A program made the translations under genes and the position numbers. DNA of 64,000 bases from Planctomycetota bacterium (lineage in GTDB: Bacteria > Planctomycetota > B15-G4 > JADJEK01), in contig JBGAIQ010000017.1 of NCBI GenBank assembly GCA_044225365.1, positions 32,001 through 96,000 of the forward strand. Direction: 5' to 3'. Below the pieces are notes generated by a model. The model was not told the origin of the DNA and ran no database searches. It saw nothing but the letters and a program-made list of their open reading frames with translations. Positions 27,884-37,209 of this stretch are shown here, piece after piece. The first letter of the stretch is position 1; the number at the start of each line of letters is the position of its first letter.

Positions 27884-27923
27884 CCCTTCTCGTTCGCATC
27901 ATCGATGAATCGCGGGATCGAGC

Positions 27924-29348
27924 ATGACGCTCTCGCGTCGGGCCCTCAGCAGCGCCGTTCTCCAGATCGCGGCGCGGTTGTGCTCCGCCGTCGTTTCGTT
28001 CGTCATCACGGCCGTCGCGCTCGCGAGGGTCCTGCCGCCGACCGAGTACGGTCGCTGCAGCTTCTACCTCACGCTCTTCCTCCTCGTCCTCCAGCTCGTC
28101 GACTTCGGAGCGAACCGAGCCGCGATCCGCATGATCGCGAGCAAGGAGATCGCGACGGGGCCCGCATTCCGTGCAGCGTTCGTGCTGCGCACGATCGTGG
28201 GGGTGCTCGCCTTCGGCATGATCGCTTCGATCGTGTTCGCGATGGAAGGCCGCGGGGGATCGCGAGCGCTCCTCCTCATCGCTGCGTCGCACGTCCTCAC
28301 GCACGGCTTCGGTGCCGGGTCGATCCCGTTCGAATCCGAGGTCGATTTCAAGATGCCTTCGCTCTCGGTCGTCGCGGGTTGTCTCGTGTTCCTCGTCGTC
28401 GGTCTCCTTCTCGCGGCCAAGAAGGTGGCGACCGCGGAGCCGTACCTGATCGCGTACGGCGCGGGATTCCTGGTCCAGAATGGTTGGATCTACCTCGCGG
28501 CGCGAGGGCGGCTCCGCGGAGATGCGCAGCGAGTCGATCGCACGTTTCTCGCGCGGTTGTTCCGCGAGGCGCTCCCACTCGGTCTCTCCGCGATCTCGAT
28601 CGCGATCTACTACTACTGCGATACGCTCCTCCTGCGACCGCTGCGCGGCGAGGCCGACGTCGCCGCGTACTCCGTGGCCTATCGTCTGATGTCGTTCGCT
28701 CTCATGGTTCCGGTGCTCGTCTCGCAGGTCTTGTTCCCGGTGTTCGCGCGGTGCGCGGGAGCTGCGCCGGAGATCCTCGGGAAGGCGGTCCGGCGCGCAA
28801 CGTTCTACATGGCTTATGGCGCCGCGGCTGTTTCCGCCGTTCTCTTCGTCCTGGCCGAGCCGATGCTCGGATTCGTATACGGCGAGGCCTATCGCGGCTC
28901 CGCTCCCGTCCTGCGCGTCCTCGGTGTCGCGATCGTGATCGTCTATCTCACTTATCCGCACACGACGGCCCTCATCGCGATCGGGCGCGCGAAGCAGTTC
29001 ACGGCGATCACGGTCGCCTCGGCGGTCCTCAACGTGGCGTTGAACCTGATCGTGCTTCCGCGATTCGGTCCCATCGGCGCTGCCGGGACGACGCTCGTGA
29101 CCGAGGTCTTCGTCTTCGTCTGCGGAGCCTATCTCCTGTGGCGGGCGGCGGGCGTGCATGGACTGCATACGGGACTCCTGCCCGCGCTCGTCGTGTTCGG
29201 CGCGAGCTTCGTCGCGATGACGCTGCTCGCGTCGCACTGGCCGTTCCTCGCACTCCTCGGGGTCGGCGTGATCGTTCCCGTCCTCCTTCTCGTGCCCCTG
29301 CGCGCGTGGCCGTTCGATCTGCGCGTCGAGGAAGGAGACCTCGCTTGA
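27924..29348 (+). CDS. Wzx-like oligosaccharide flippase (MOP superfamily)
   Basis: Many TM helices, LARVL.PTEYG, LVDFG, VAAYSVAYRL and LIVLPRFGPIGAA. Confidence 0.88.
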   Translation: MTLSRRALSSAVLQIAARLCSAVVSFVITAVALARVLPPTEYGRCSFYLTLFLLVLQLVDFGANRAAIRMIASKEIATGPAFRAAFVLRTIVGVLAFGMIASIVFAMEGRGGSRALLLIAASHVLTHGFGAGSIPFESEVDFKMPSLSVVAGCLVFLVVGLLLAAKKVATAEPYLIAYGAGFLVQNGWIYLAARGRLRGDAQRVDRTFLARLFREALPLGLSAISIAIYYYCDTLLLRPLRGEADVAAYSVAYRLMSFALMVPVLVSQVLFPVFARCAGAAPEILGKAVRRATFYMAYGAAAVSAVLFVLAEPMLGFVYGEAYRGSAPVLRVLGVAIVIVYLTYPHTTALIAIGRAKQFTAITVASAVLNVALNLIVLPRFGPIGAAGTTLVTEVFVFVCGAYLLWRAAGVHGLHTGLLPALVVFGASFVAMTLLASHWPFLALLGVGVIVPVLLLVPLRAWPFDLRVEEGDLA

Positions 29349-30505
29349 GGATCGGGATCGACTTCCGCCCCGCGATGTTCACGCGAACCGGTTTCGGCCG
29401 CTACGTGCTCGAACTCGCGCGCGCGCTCGGAGAACACGAATTCGCGGGGCACGAGATCAAGTTGTTCGGGGACGCATGGCGTCGGTTCGAGTACGAGCAA
29501 CGAGTGCGCGAGGTGATCGAAGGATCGCGAGCGCGATTGTTTCGCGCGCGATTCCCGGGCCGTCTGCTCGAACTGCTGGCGCGCGTCGGATACAGCGTCG
29601 AATCGCGACTCTCCGGTATCGACGTCTTCCACTACACCGACTTCGTGTTCCCGCCGGTGAAGCGCGCGGCGGTCGTGACCTCGATCCACGACGTCTCGTT
29701 CGAGGTGGACACCGCGTACCACGGACCCGAGTTCCAGCGGCACGTGCGCCCGCGCGTCGAGCGAGTCCTCGCGCGAGCGCATGCGGTCATCGTGCCGGGC
29801 GACGAGACGCGGCAGCGGCTCGCGATGCATTACGGATTCGATCCATCACGCGTCCACGTGGTGCCCTACGGTTCGGAGCACCTCCTCGCGATCCCACCGC
29901 GCGAGCAACTCGCGGACGCGCGACTTACTCGCCTTCGAATCGCGGCGCCGTTCATCCTGTGCGTGGGCACCATCGAACCTCGGAAGAATCACGCGCGCCT
30001 CCTGCGCGCCTTCCAGACCTTGTTGCGAACGATTCCGCATCATCTCGTCGTCGTGGGAGGATTCGGTTGGTTGTGCGACGACGTCCGCACGGAACTCGCC
30101 GCGCTCTCCGGATCGAAACGGGTCCACGTGATCGAGGATTGCGAGGATGGCGAACTGCGCGCGCTCTACGCGCGCTGCGAGTTCGCGGTGTACCCGTCGC
30201 TCTACGAGGGATTCGGATTCCCCGCGGTCGAAGCGCTCGCGCTCGGCGTACCGCTCGTCACGACGCGCGGTGGCTCGCTCGGCGAAGTAGTGGGGGACGC
30301 CGCCGAATTCTGTGACCCACTCGACGAGCGATCGATCGCGGAGGCGATGCTTCGCGTTGCGACGTCGCCGGAGCGTCGAGACACGGCGAAGCGTCGCGGC
30401 CTCGCGCGAGCGGCCGAGTTGTCGTGGGCGATCAGTGCTCGCGGTCACCTGCGCGCGTACCGCGCCGCCATCGAACGCTGTGATTCGGGCGACGGGTCTC
30501 GATAG
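29345..30505 (+). CDS. Glycosyltransferase family 4
   Basis: TTG start overlapping the flippase stop, TGFGRY, VGTIEPRKN and YPSLYEGFGFPAVEA. Confidence 0.88.
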   Translation: MRIGIDFRPAMFTRTGFGRYVLELARALGEHEFAGHEIKLFGDAWRRFEYEQRVREVIEGSRARLFRARFPGRLLELLARVGYSVESRLSGIDVFHYTDFVFPPVKRAAVVTSIHDVSFEVDTAYHGPEFQRHVRPRVERVLARAHAVIVPGDETRQRLAMHYGFDPSRVHVVPYGSEHLLAIPPREQLADARLTRLRIAAPFILCVGTIEPRKNHARLLRAFQTLLRTIPHHLVVVGGFGWLCDDVRTELAALSGSKRVHVIEDCEDGELRALYARCEFAVYPSLYEGFGFPAVEALALGVPLVTTRGGSLGEVVGDAAEFCDPLDERSIAEAMLRVATSPERRDTAKRRGLARAAELSWAISARGHLRAYRAAIERCDSGDGSR

Positions 30506-30550
30506 AAACGATTTCGGGACGCCGCGCAATGGTGGCTTCGAGCCGATAAG

Positions 30551-31729
30551 ATGAAGCGCATGCGCATCGCGCTCGACGTCTCGATCCAAGAGACGCCCTA
30601 CGTCACTGGCGTGGAGCGAGTTCAACGGTCGTTGATCGAAGCTCTCGCGGCGTACGACCGCGAGAACGAGTATCTGCTCGTCAGCAAGAAGCCGGTCGCG
30701 TTCGGCACGCCGCTTCCCGCTCGCTGGCGGTCCGTGCCCCTGGTGAAGCAGGGTTCGCCCTACCTGTGGCGCGAGCGCTACGTGCCCACGATCCTCGATC
30801 GCGAGAAGATCGACGTCTTCCACTCGCCGGTCTCCGCGACGCCGATCCTCGGTCGCGCGAAGAAGATCGCGACGATCCACGAGCTCCCGTGGGTCGAGCG
30901 CGGCAAGAAGAGCGATGCATCCGAGAGCGCGCCGACCGCGCACCGCGTGTGGTTGTTCCTCAACGTGCGCTACGCCGCGCGGATCGTCTGCGTATCGGAG
31001 CGCACGAAGGAGAACGTTCTTCAGCTCTATCCCGAAGCCGCGCCACGGCTCTGCGTCATCCCGCACGGGATCGATTCCCGGTTCACGCGCCTCGATCCGC
31101 CGCCTCCCCGCAAGGAGATCCTCGCTCGACTCGGGATCGCGGATCGGCCCTTCGTCCTCTTCGTCGGGACGTTGCGTCGCAAGAAGAACCTCCGCCTCCT
31201 CCTCGAGGCCTTCGCCGAGTTCAAGGCGGCCGATCGCAAGAAGTACGCGCTCGTGCTCGCGGGCGTGCGCGGCACGACGTTCGGCGAGATCGAGACTCTC
31301 TTGAACGACCCACGGCTCACCGGGCGCGTCTTCCTGCCGGGCTACGTCGCCGACGACGATCTCGTCGCGTTGTACAACCTCGCGAAATGCGTGGTGTATC
31401 CGTCGCTGTTCGAGGGATTCGGACTGCCGCCGCTCGAAGCGATGGCTTGCGGCGTGCCTGTGATCGCATCGCGAGGCGGTGCGATTCCAGAGATCGTGGG
31501 CGACGCGGCCCTCGACTTCGCTCCGGACGACAAGAAAGCGCTCTCCGATGCGATGCTCTCGATGCTCGAGGACGAAGCGCTCTGCGCGCGATTCGTCGCG
31601 AAGGGGCTGGATCGCGTGAAGGCATTCACCTGGGAGCGCACCGCGAGGCGCTATCTCGAACTGTATCGCGAAGTCGGCGGGGTTGAGGACGGCGTCGCAG
31701 TCTCGAAGGAAATGGCGCACGGGGGATGA
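30551..31729 (+). CDS. Glycosyltransferase family 4
   Basis: TGVER, FVGTLRRKKN and YPSLFEGFGLPPLEAMACG. Confidence 0.92.
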   Translation: MKRMRIALDVSIQETPYVTGVERVQRSLIEALAAYDRENEYLLVSKKPVAFGTPLPARWRSVPLVKQGSPYLWRERYVPTILDREKIDVFHSPVSATPILGRAKKIATIHELPWVERGKKSDASESAPTAHRVWLFLNVRYAARIVCVSERTKENVLQLYPEAAPRLCVIPHGIDSRFTRLDPPPPRKEILARLGIADRPFVLFVGTLRRKKNLRLLLEAFAEFKAADRKKYALVLAGVRGTTFGEIETLLNDPRLTGRVFLPGYVADDDLVALYNLAKCVVYPSLFEGFGLPPLEAMACGVPVIASRGGAIPEIVGDAALDFAPDDKKALSDAMLSMLEDEALCARFVAKGLDRVKAFTWERTARRYLELYREVGGVEDGVAVSKEMAHGG

Positions 31730-32892
31730 AGTTCCTGCTCGACGCGACCGCGATCGATCCGGGCCCGTCCGGAGCGCGAACTCGACTCCTCCATCTCCTC
31801 GCCGAATACGTCCACCTGCCGCGGCGACACGACATCGTCGTGCTCACTCCCAAGGGTCGCGGGCTGACGACCGAACTCGGTGAAGTCGGCGTCGAGTGCG
31901 TCGAGACCGATCCCGCACCACCGCCCTTCCAGCGCTGGAGGAGGGATGCGTCCTACTTCGACGAATGGCTCGAGAGGACCGAATCGGACGCCCTGCAGGC
32001 GGAGATGCTGCCCGTTCCGCTGACGACGCGACCGCTCCTGCTCACGATCCACGATCTGCGCGACCTCGAACGCCCGCCGCTGGATCCGCGGGCGTTCTAC
32101 GCCCACACGGTCTTGTCGCGTGACCTCGCGCGAGTGGAGCGCGTGATCGCGGTTTCCCAAGATACGGCGAATCTCCTCGTTCAGCGGCTGAAGGTACGCC
32201 CGGGGCAGATCAGCATCGTGAAGAACGCGCCGGATCCAGCCGTTCGCCGGGAGGATTCGCCGGAACTCATTCGCGCACTCTATGCGGCCTACGCGCTCCC
32301 GGATCGCTTCGTGCTCGCGCTCGGTCACGTCGAACCGCGCAAGAACCTCGCACTCCTCGTGCAGGCGATCCGCAGACTGCGCAAGGATCCTCGATTCGGC
32401 GACGTCGGGGTCGTGCTCTGTGGTCGCGATGTCGCGGGCGAGGGCGATCGAATCCGATCCCTCGCGGCGAAGGCGCCCGCGATCCCGCTGCTCCTCACCG
32501 GCCCGCTCACGCCCATCGCGCGCAACGCCCTCCTCGGCCTCGCCGCGTGCGTCTGCACCCCGTCGAAGATCGAGGGCTTCGGAATCGTTCCACTCGAAGC
32601 GATGGCGGCAGGCGTGCCTTCGATCGTCGCGCGAGCCCGTGCACTCGAAGAGACCGTGGGCGATGCGGCACTCACCTGTGATCCCGACGATCCCGACGAG
32701 CTCGCGGCGCAGATCGGTCGCGTTCTCTGCGACGAAGGACTCCGTGAAGTCCTGATCGCCAAGGGGCGCGAGCGGGCGGCGACGTTCACCTGGCGCACGG
32801 CGGCGCAGGCCTTGCTCGAAGCGCACGATTTCGTCGCCGTCGCGCATTCGACGACGCCGCTCCAGTTGCTGCTTCAGCCCCCGGAGCCCTGA
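31726..32892 (+). CDS. Glycosyltransferase family 4
   Basis: ATGA overlap, LTIHDL, GHVEPRKN and PSKIEGFGIVPLEAMAAG. Confidence 0.92.
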   Translation: MKFLLDATAIDPGPSGARTRLLHLLAEYVHLPRRHDIVVLTPKGRGLTTELGEVGVECVETDPAPPPFQRWRRDASYFDEWLERTESDALQAEMLPVPLTTRPLLLTIHDLRDLERPPLDPRAFYAHTVLSRDLARVERVIAVSQDTANLLVQRLKVRPGQISIVKNAPDPAVRREDSPELIRALYAAYALPDRFVLALGHVEPRKNLALLVQAIRRLRKDPRFGDVGVVLCGRDVAGEGDRIRSLAAKAPAIPLLLTGPLTPIARNALLGLAACVCTPSKIEGFGIVPLEAMAAGVPSIVARARALEETVGDAALTCDPDDPDELAAQIGRVLCDEGLREVLIAKGRERAATFTWRTAAQALLEAHDFVAVAHSTTPLQLLLQPPEP

Positions 32893-33623
32893 CCCTGGGG
32901 AGTGTCCAGGGAACCGCCCGGTTCGCTCGGGGCTTCGTCCTGCGGGACCTTGCGCTCGGGCGCGACGTCCTCGGTGAGCTTCATCGCTCCGTAGAAGAGG
33001 GCGACGGCGAAGAGGATCACGAAGACGATCGTGAGGAGGCGGCGAAGCGAGGATTGCTGGCCGACGTCGGCGGTGAAGAGATTCCCCGAGCGCTTCTTGT
33101 CGAGCGGCCGCGAGACCTGCGCGGCGTAGATGCTGCGGGGCGGCGGAGCGACGGGACCTCCGGCGCTGCCCGTGTTCATCGCGCTCGCTCGCGGCGGTGA
33201 AGGAGCGAAGATCTGCGTGCCACCTGTACCCGAATCGACGGTCGGCGAGAGGTGCGTCTCCTCGAGCTGGATGCCGCCTTCCTCTCCGAAGAGTTCGGCC
33301 GCGGACGGCATCGCTGTGTTCCCCGCAGCTTGGGATCCCGCGACCTCGGCGATCCGCAGCTCCACCTCTCCCAGTCGCAAGGTGTCGCCGGGCTTCAGAT
33401 CGGCGCGACTGACCTTTGCCCCGTTGACGAACGTTCCATTGCTGGAATTGAGGTCGGCGACGCTGAGTTTGCCGTCGCGTTCGAAGATCTTCGCGTGCTC
33501 GCGGGAGATCGTCGGATGGACGATGGCGATGCCCTTGCTGGGTTGTCGCCCCAGGATGACCGGAAGGTCAGGGCAGTCGTACGACTTGGTCTCGCGACCG
33601 GCTTCGAGCTGAATGAGCTTCAC
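32874..33623 (-). CDS. FHA-domain protein with C-terminal transmembrane helix
   Basis: ILGR...ISREHA...DLNSSNGTFVNG FHA motifs and TM LLTIVFVILFAVALFYGA. Confidence 0.88.
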   Translation of the reverse strand: MKLIQLEAGRETKSYDCPDLPVILGRQPSKGIAIVHPTISREHAKIFERDGKLSVADLNSSNGTFVNGAKVSRADLKPGDTLRLGEVELRIAEVAGSQAAGNTAMPSAAELFGEEGGIQLEETHLSPTVDSGTGGTQIFAPSPPRASAMNTGSAGGPVAPPPRSIYAAQVSRPLDKKRSGNLFTADVGQQSSLRRLLTIVFVILFAVALFYGAMKLTEDVAPERKVPQDEAPSEPGGSLDTPQGQGSGG

Positions 33624-33706
33624 GGCGAATCCCGGAGCATGAATTTCGGAAGAGCCGGGTTATTATGGCTGCTTCCCGTCTCCATACCCCGAGTTTCTTG
33701 GCGCAG

Positions 33707-34612
33707 ATGGACGAACGCATCGACCGCGATCCTGCTCATCCGGAGAATCCGGCCCGGACTCCCCGGAATCCTGGATACCGTCTTGCCGCCAAGACGGGTC
33801 GTCCTCCCACGCGCGTGCGAGTCGGCGATGTCGAATTCGGCGGTCGCGACATCATCCTGATGGCGGGCCCTTGCGCCGTCGAGACGCGCGAACAGATCGG
33901 CGGCCTCGCCGCCCGCCTGCGGCCGCTCGGCGTGCAGGTGCTGCGGGGTGGAGCGTTCAAGCCCAGGACGTCGCCCTATTCGTTCCAGGGTCTCGGCATC
34001 GACGGCTACCGCATGTTGCGCGAAGCTGCGATCGAGAACGGCATGCTCATCGTCTCCGAGGTCCTTGGCGAGAGTCACGTCGCGGCGGCGGTCGATCTCG
34101 TCGACATCCTGCAGGTTGGCTCTCGCAACATGCAGAACTTCGCGCTCCTCAAGGAACTCGCGAAGACGAAGAAACCCGTGCTCCTGAAGCGCGGCATGTC
34201 GGCGTCGTACGACGAACTGCTCTCGGCCGCGGAGTATCTCCTCGCCGGCGGCAATCCGAACGTGATCCTCTGCGAGCGCGGGATCCGCACCTTCGAGACG
34301 GCGACGCGCAACACGCTCGATGTCTCCGCCGTCCCCGTGTTGCGACGCATGACGCATCTGCCGATCGTGATCGACCCGAGCCATGCCGCGGGGCGCGCCG
34401 ACATCGTTCCCGATCTCGCCCGCGCCGCGGTCGCGGTGGGGGCGGACGGGTTGCTCGTCGAGGTCCACGACGACCCGGAGCACGCACGTTCGGACGGCGA
34501 TCAGGCACTGATGCCCGAGCAACTCGCCGCGCTCGTTCCGTCGCTCATCGCGATCGCCGCCGCTGTCGGGCGAAAGATCTCGATCCCCCAAGCTGCCGCC
34601 GCAGGAGCCTAG
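33707..34612 (+). CDS. aroF: 3-deoxy-7-phosphoheptulonate (DAHP) synthase, type I-beta
   Basis: AGPCAVE, GGAFKPRTSPYSFQG, QVGSRNMQNF, LCERGIRTFE and DPSHA. The start could be 33665. Confidence 0.92.
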   Translation: MDERIDRDPAHPENPARTPRNPGYRLAAKTGRPPTRVRVGDVEFGGRDIILMAGPCAVETREQIGGLAARLRPLGVQVLRGGAFKPRTSPYSFQGLGIDGYRMLREAAIENGMLIVSEVLGESHVAAAVDLVDILQVGSRNMQNFALLKELAKTKKPVLLKRGMSASYDELLSAAEYLLAGGNPNVILCERGIRTFETATRNTLDVSAVPVLRRMTHLPIVIDPSHAAGRADIVPDLARAAVAVGADGLLVEVHDDPEHARSDGDQALMPEQLAALVPSLIAIAAAVGRKISIPQAAAAGA

Positions 34613-34614
34613 AC

Positions 34615-35895
34615 ATGTCGAAGCTTGCATCGCGTCGCTCCTCGATCGTCGCATTTGCGCTGTCCGCGGTGATCGCAACGTCGGGTCTCGCGGGAGCACA
34701 GTCGCCCGCCACGAATCCTCCTAGCGCAAAGACGGACGCGGTCGCGGCACGCATCGCGCGCGTCGCGGATCTCGAGAAGGAATTCACGGAGGCCTCCAAG
34801 GCCGAGTCGAAAGCCTTCGAGGAAGCGCTCGGTGCGAACGAGAATCCGACGAGAGAGCAATTGACGGCGGCGGAGGAGAAGAGCAAGCCCTTCGCCCCCG
34901 ATCGAGCCTCGCTGCAGGCACGCGCGCGCGCGATCGTGGCGGAGGATCCGGCAGACGCTGCGGCGCTTAAGGCGATCGAATTCCAATTCAAACTGGTCTA
35001 CGAGCCAGCCGATCGCCAGGCGCTCGTCGATCAGATCGAAGAGCATCATCGAAACAGCGTCGCCATCGGCGATCTCTGCCGTCAGCTCATGTCCCTCCGT
35101 CCGAAGTTCGTCACCGAGCTGTCCGAGAAGTCGCCGCACGCTTCGGTGCGCGGGAAGGCTCTCGCCGCGATCCTCGACGCGAAGCGTGCCGTGGTGACGA
35201 ACGCCGAGAGTCTGAAGAAGCTGAGCGGGGACGAACTCGAGCAAACGAAGCAAAGGCTCGGCGCCGAGCGTTCCGCCACTCTGCTCGCCCTCGATGTCGC
35301 TGCCGCGAATCGCGAGATCCTCGAACTCTGCGAGAGGATCGCCAAGGACTACGCGGAAGTCAGCCTCTACGCCGGTACGCCGCGCGAGACGACGCTCGGA
35401 GCCTGGGCGAAGACGCAGATCCACCAGTTGAAGGACCTCGCACTCGGCTGTGTCACGCCGGAGATCGAGGCCGTCGATCTCGACGGCGTGAACTTCAAGT
35501 TGAGCGACTACCGAGGGAGGGTGGTGCTGCTCGACTTCTGGGGATTCTGGTGAGGCCCCTGCCGGGCCATGATCCCGCACGAGCGGTCGCTCGTGGAGAA
35601 GTACAAGGATGAGCCCTTCGCGATCATCGGGGTCAACAGCGACACCGACCTCGTCAAGACGAAGGAGCAGCGCGCGAGTACCCAGGTCACCTGGCGATCG
35701 TTCTGGAACGGTCCGAAGGGAACGTCGGGACCGATTTCGAGCGAGTGGGGAGTCACCGGCTGGCCGACGATCTACATCCTCGATACGAAGGGCGTGATCC
35801 GGTACAAATCGGTCGGCGCCAACGAGGAGTTGATCGATCGGACGATCGAAGAACTGCTCGCCGAAGCGAAGAAGGCCGCGAGCGAAGGAAAATAG
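34615..35895 (+). CDS. Exported TlpA/redoxin-family thioredoxin-fold selenoprotein (UxxC; Sec at TGA 35551-35553)
   Basis: ORFs 34615-35553 and 35569-35895 share a frame. Read-through gives VVLLDFWGFW-U-GPCRAM, with later GVNSD and WPTIYILDTKGVIR. A SECIS-like hairpin follows the TGA. Confidence 0.85.
35578..35595 (+). promoter_or_regulatory. Bacterial SECIS-like stem-loop
   Basis: CACGAGC-GGTC-GCTCGTG is a perfect 7-bp stem whose loop starts with G, 31 nt after the UGA. Confidence 0.75.
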
Positions 35896-36036
35896 TGCGG
35901 CGGATCCAGCGTAGGGGGTGCCTTCCTCGCGACGCGCGAGGCGGTTCCTCGATCTTGGAAACTTCACGTCCCCGTTGCGAGCGGGTACAAGAGCGAAGAA
36001 GGGGCGTGCCGCGTTCCGCCTCTACGATGGACTTCC

Positions 36037-37209
36037 ATGCTGAAACCGCTTCCCCCGCCCTGGGATCGTTTCGTTCCGTTCGTCCAGCGCCTCACCGTCT
36101 GGCTCGGGTTCTTCACGATCCTCTGGTTCCTACGCCCCTTCTTCTTCCTCGTGTTCCTCACGTTCGTGTTCGGGTACGTCCTGGAGCATCTCGTCGAGTT
36201 GCTCGAGAAGCGGATCCGCTCGCGACGGACGCGCGTGATCGGCGGCTTCCTCGTCCTGCTCTCGATCCTGGTCGGGATCGGGTTCGTGGTCGCGCCCGAA
36301 CTGCGGCGGCAGGTGGTCACGTTGCCGACCGAGATGTCGGCGAAGGTGAAGGATGTCGACGCCAAGCTGCTCGAACTGCGTGAACGCCACGAGTTCTTCC
36401 ACAAGATCCTGCCGGAGAACTTCAGCTCGAAGGACATCCTGAGCGAGTTCTTCATGTTCTCGAGTACGGGGAGCGGTGATGCGACGGCGAGTCCGCAGCC
36501 CGTCGAACATCCCTCGAAGGAGGAGTCGTCGGACGTCTTCCGCTCGATCCTGCCGTTCATGTTGCGCATCCTGCAGGGCTCCGTCGCCGTGGGTTCGTCG
36601 TTCCTGCTGTCGCTGCTGTTCTCGTTCCTCATCGTCCTCGATCTGCCGAACCTTGCGAACGGCGCGCGGCATCTGCGCGATACCCGACTCCGTTTCGTCT
36701 ACGACGAAGTCAGTGACAACGTGTTTCGCTTCGGTCGCGTGCTCGGACGCGCGCTCGAGGCGCAACTCATGATCGCGATCGCGAACACCGCGCTGACCGC
36801 CGTCGGCCTCAACCTGATGGGGATTCCGAACATCGCGTCCCTCGCGACGATCGTGTTCATCTGCTCGTTCATTCCCGTCGCGGGCGTGTTCATCTCGAGC
36901 GTGCCGATCTGCCTCCTGACCCTCACGTCGAAGGAGGGCTTCATCTGGGTCGTGTACGTGATCCTGTTCATCACGTTGATCCACTTGATCGAGGCCTACA
37001 TCCTGAATCCGCGGATCTACGGCGCTCACCTCAAGATGAATCCCGTTCTCGTGCTCTCGATCCTCGTCATCTCGCACCATCTGTTCGGGATGTGGGGCCT
37101 CGTGCTCGGCGTGCCCGTGACGACGTACGTGTACAAGCACGTGATCTGCGGCCGCCAGCGCGACGACGAAGAGGACGACCTTCCCGCTCGCGAGGTTCCG
37201 CTCGAATGA
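36037..37209 (+). CDS. AI-2E (PerM/UPF0118) family transporter
   Basis: Multi-TM, CSFIPVAG and IEAYILNPRIYG..LKMNPVLVL...FGMWGLVLGVP. Confidence 0.9.
   Translation: MLKPLPPPWDRFVPFVQRLTVWLGFFTILWFLRPFFFLVFLTFVFGYVLEHLVELLEKRIRSRRTRVIGGFLVLLSILVGIGFVVAPELRRQVVTLPTEMSAKVKDVDAKLLELRERHEFFHKILPENFSSKDILSEFFMFSSTGSGDATASPQPVEHPSKEESSDVFRSILPFMLRILQGSVAVGSSFLLSLLFSFLIVLDLPNLANGARHLRDTRLRFVYDEVSDNVFRFGRVLGRALEAQLMIAIANTALTAVGLNLMGIPNIASLATIVFICSFIPVAGVFISSVPICLLTLTSKEGFIWVVYVILFITLIHLIEAYILNPRIYGAHLKMNPVLVLSILVISHHLFGMWGLVLGVPVTTYVYKHVICGRQRDDEEDDLPAREVPLE

Noticed and set aside
35551-35553. Nonsense mutation/pseudogene in the redoxin gene
   Set aside because: The TGA sits exactly at the catalytic Cys position and is followed by a SECIS-like hairpin, so selenocysteine is the better explanation.
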